In this document: positions 59,079 through 60,047 of the stretch, piece by piece
Position numbering within the stretch: position 1 is the stretch's first letter
How the letters are laid out: each line of letters opens with the position of its first letter
Source of the DNA: an uncultured Erysipelotrichaceae bacterium
GTDB lineage: Bacteria > Bacillota_I > Bacilli_A > RF39 > UBA660
DNA length: 60,047 nucleotides
Direction of reading: 5' to 3'
NCBI GenBank assembly: GCA_902778125.1
Contig: CACYWH010000012.1
Coordinates: 1 to 60,047 of the forward strand
Made by a program: the position numbers and the translations under genes
The notes under the pieces: generated by a model
Database searches by the model: none
Told to the model about the DNA's origin: nothing
What the model saw: only the letters and a program-made list of their open reading frames with translations

Positions 59079-59801
59079 TCACTCCAATTCTTTAATTGTA
59101 TCATCATTATGTTCTTCAATAAGCTTCATGTGCAACCTAGCATGACCGCCTATGAGAGCATCTACACACTCAGGATCGTCTCCCTCAATCCAAACAACTA
59201 CCGTTATTTTATCAAGGTCGCCCGCCTTCATGTCTTTTCTTTGTTCTAATATAATAGTACCGTCTTCATCATCCCTAAATTTTTTAGTACCCTGTTCAGC
59301 TTCGCCATTTATACTACTACCTTTAGCATAAACTGTTTGTTCGTCATTTACATATATCATTATTCTAAGTGCTTCATCAGCATGCTTAACAACATCATCC
59401 ATGACTACGGAATACCAATAGTTTAAAGTCACTTGGCCTTGATTCTCCATATAGAATGAATAAGCAATATAATTCTTACCATTATGTGATCCTTCATGTT
59501 CAGTTATATCACTCGGAAGCCATTTTATAGATATGTTATCCATAAATTGTAAATCCTTTGCTTTTAATCTTCTCTTAGGTGTAGGATCATTTAATGATTC
59601 ATACATTGCAAGTCCACTATACAGCATTTCATTTTTGTCTAGTGATACGATGAAACTACCATCATCAAAAAGTATTCTAAGAACAATATAGAAAATTATT
59701 AATAATAGAAGTAATAAAAATATAGATAATTTAGCATATTTTCCTAACTTATGCCAATTTCTAACCTTATTTGCTTTTACTACTACATCTTTCTTTGCCA
59801 T
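59079..59801 (-). CDS. Membrane-anchored subunit-like protein (no TxA cleavage motif)
   Basis: TM helix without a SipW cleavage site; YSFYMEN.G, ALRIMIY, ITVVVWIEGDDPEC shared with the 359-aa protein. Confidence 0.72.
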   Translation of the reverse strand: MAKKDVVVKANKVRNWHKLGKYAKLSIFLLLLLLIIFYIVLRILFDDGSFIVSLDKNEMLYSGLAMYESLNDPTPKRRLKAKDLQFMDNISIKWLPSDITEHEGSHNGKNYIAYSFYMENQGQVTLNYWYSVVMDDVVKHADEALRIMIYVNDEQTVYAKGSSINGEAEQGTKKFRDDEDGTIILEQRKDMKAGDLDKITVVVWIEGDDPECVDALIGGHARLHMKLIEEHNDDTIKELE

Positions 59802-59866
59802 AAATACTCTCCTATGAAAAGTAGTAATCTATACATGATAAAAACTCTACTATCATATATATTCTC

Positions 59867-59907
59867 ATTATAGTAAATCATTTTTTAATTGTCAACATTA
59901 TTCGACA
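59867..59907 (-). promoter_or_regulatory. Consensus SigA promoter of the fibre locus with adjacent Spo0A-box match
   Basis: TTGACA (59890-59895)-17 bp-TATAAT (59867-59872); TGTCGAA on the minus strand at 59901-59907. Confidence 0.7.
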
Positions 59908-59950
59908 AAATTTTATATACAAATTTAAAAAGGATATAATTAAATATCCT

Positions 59951-60047
59951 CAGACTGTAGACAAACCCCAGTTTTTAAAAACTGAGGTTTTTGTTTGGAA
60001 TAATTTTTGAAGAAAAAACAATATTTTTATAAAAATATCAGTAAAGT
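59951..60047. mobile_element. Possible terminus of an insertion sequence (IS1182-like end) at the window edge
   Basis: CAGACTGTAGACAAA followed by an AAACCCCAGTTTT/AAAACTGAGGTTT hairpin, resembling IS ends recalled from Bacillota; no transposase is visible in the window. Confidence 0.35.

Noticed and set aside
1-60047. Mycoplasma-type genetic code 4, and tRNA or rRNA genes
   Set aside because: Conserved genes read through with TGG for Trp and TGA terminates genes such as agrB and dusB. No tRNA- or rRNA-like GC-rich structured segment was seen.

Overview
Very AT-rich Bacillota chromosome segment using genetic code 11 (TGA is a stop). Gene content (spoIID/spoIIQ, agr, compact housekeeping genes) resembles gut Bacilli such as RF39; this placement is inference. 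From left to right: (1) a tandem array of at least three integrative elements stacked in the 3' end of secA, each starting with a synonymously recoded copy of the SEC-C tail and sharing a CATGTGG core; two carry tyrosine integrases and one 2-kb cassette has none; (2) secA, hpf, csp; (3) an agrBD/agrCA quorum-sensing locus with an unannotated agrD and a decayed IS3 element in the shared terminator; (4) spoIIQ-like, spoIID, rpiB, RDD, a degenerate iPGM-like protein, P-type ATPase, htrA and an Abi/HEPN gene; (5) an accessory block below rpsI (S66 peptidase, ytrABC-like operon, XRE, NUDIX, a probable type I toxin-antitoxin locus); (6) rplM-rpsI, dusB, a YfcC-like transporter, a single-AAA Clp protein, rpsF-ssb-rpsR; (7) a ~21.7-kb locus (38131-59801) with seven TasA/camelysin-like subunits, a 3043-aa GGG-repeat adhesin and three SipW-type peptidases (one apparently inactive). 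Embedded in the same gene run are a membrane-anchored McrB-like NTPase, a DUF2357/McrC-like partner with no visible nuclease and a degenerate EAL-like protein. This last locus is the best candidate for an undescribed system: a sortase-independent, SipW-processed fibre or pilus with a repurposed McrBC-type motor. All family calls come from motif recognition by eye; no database searches were run.
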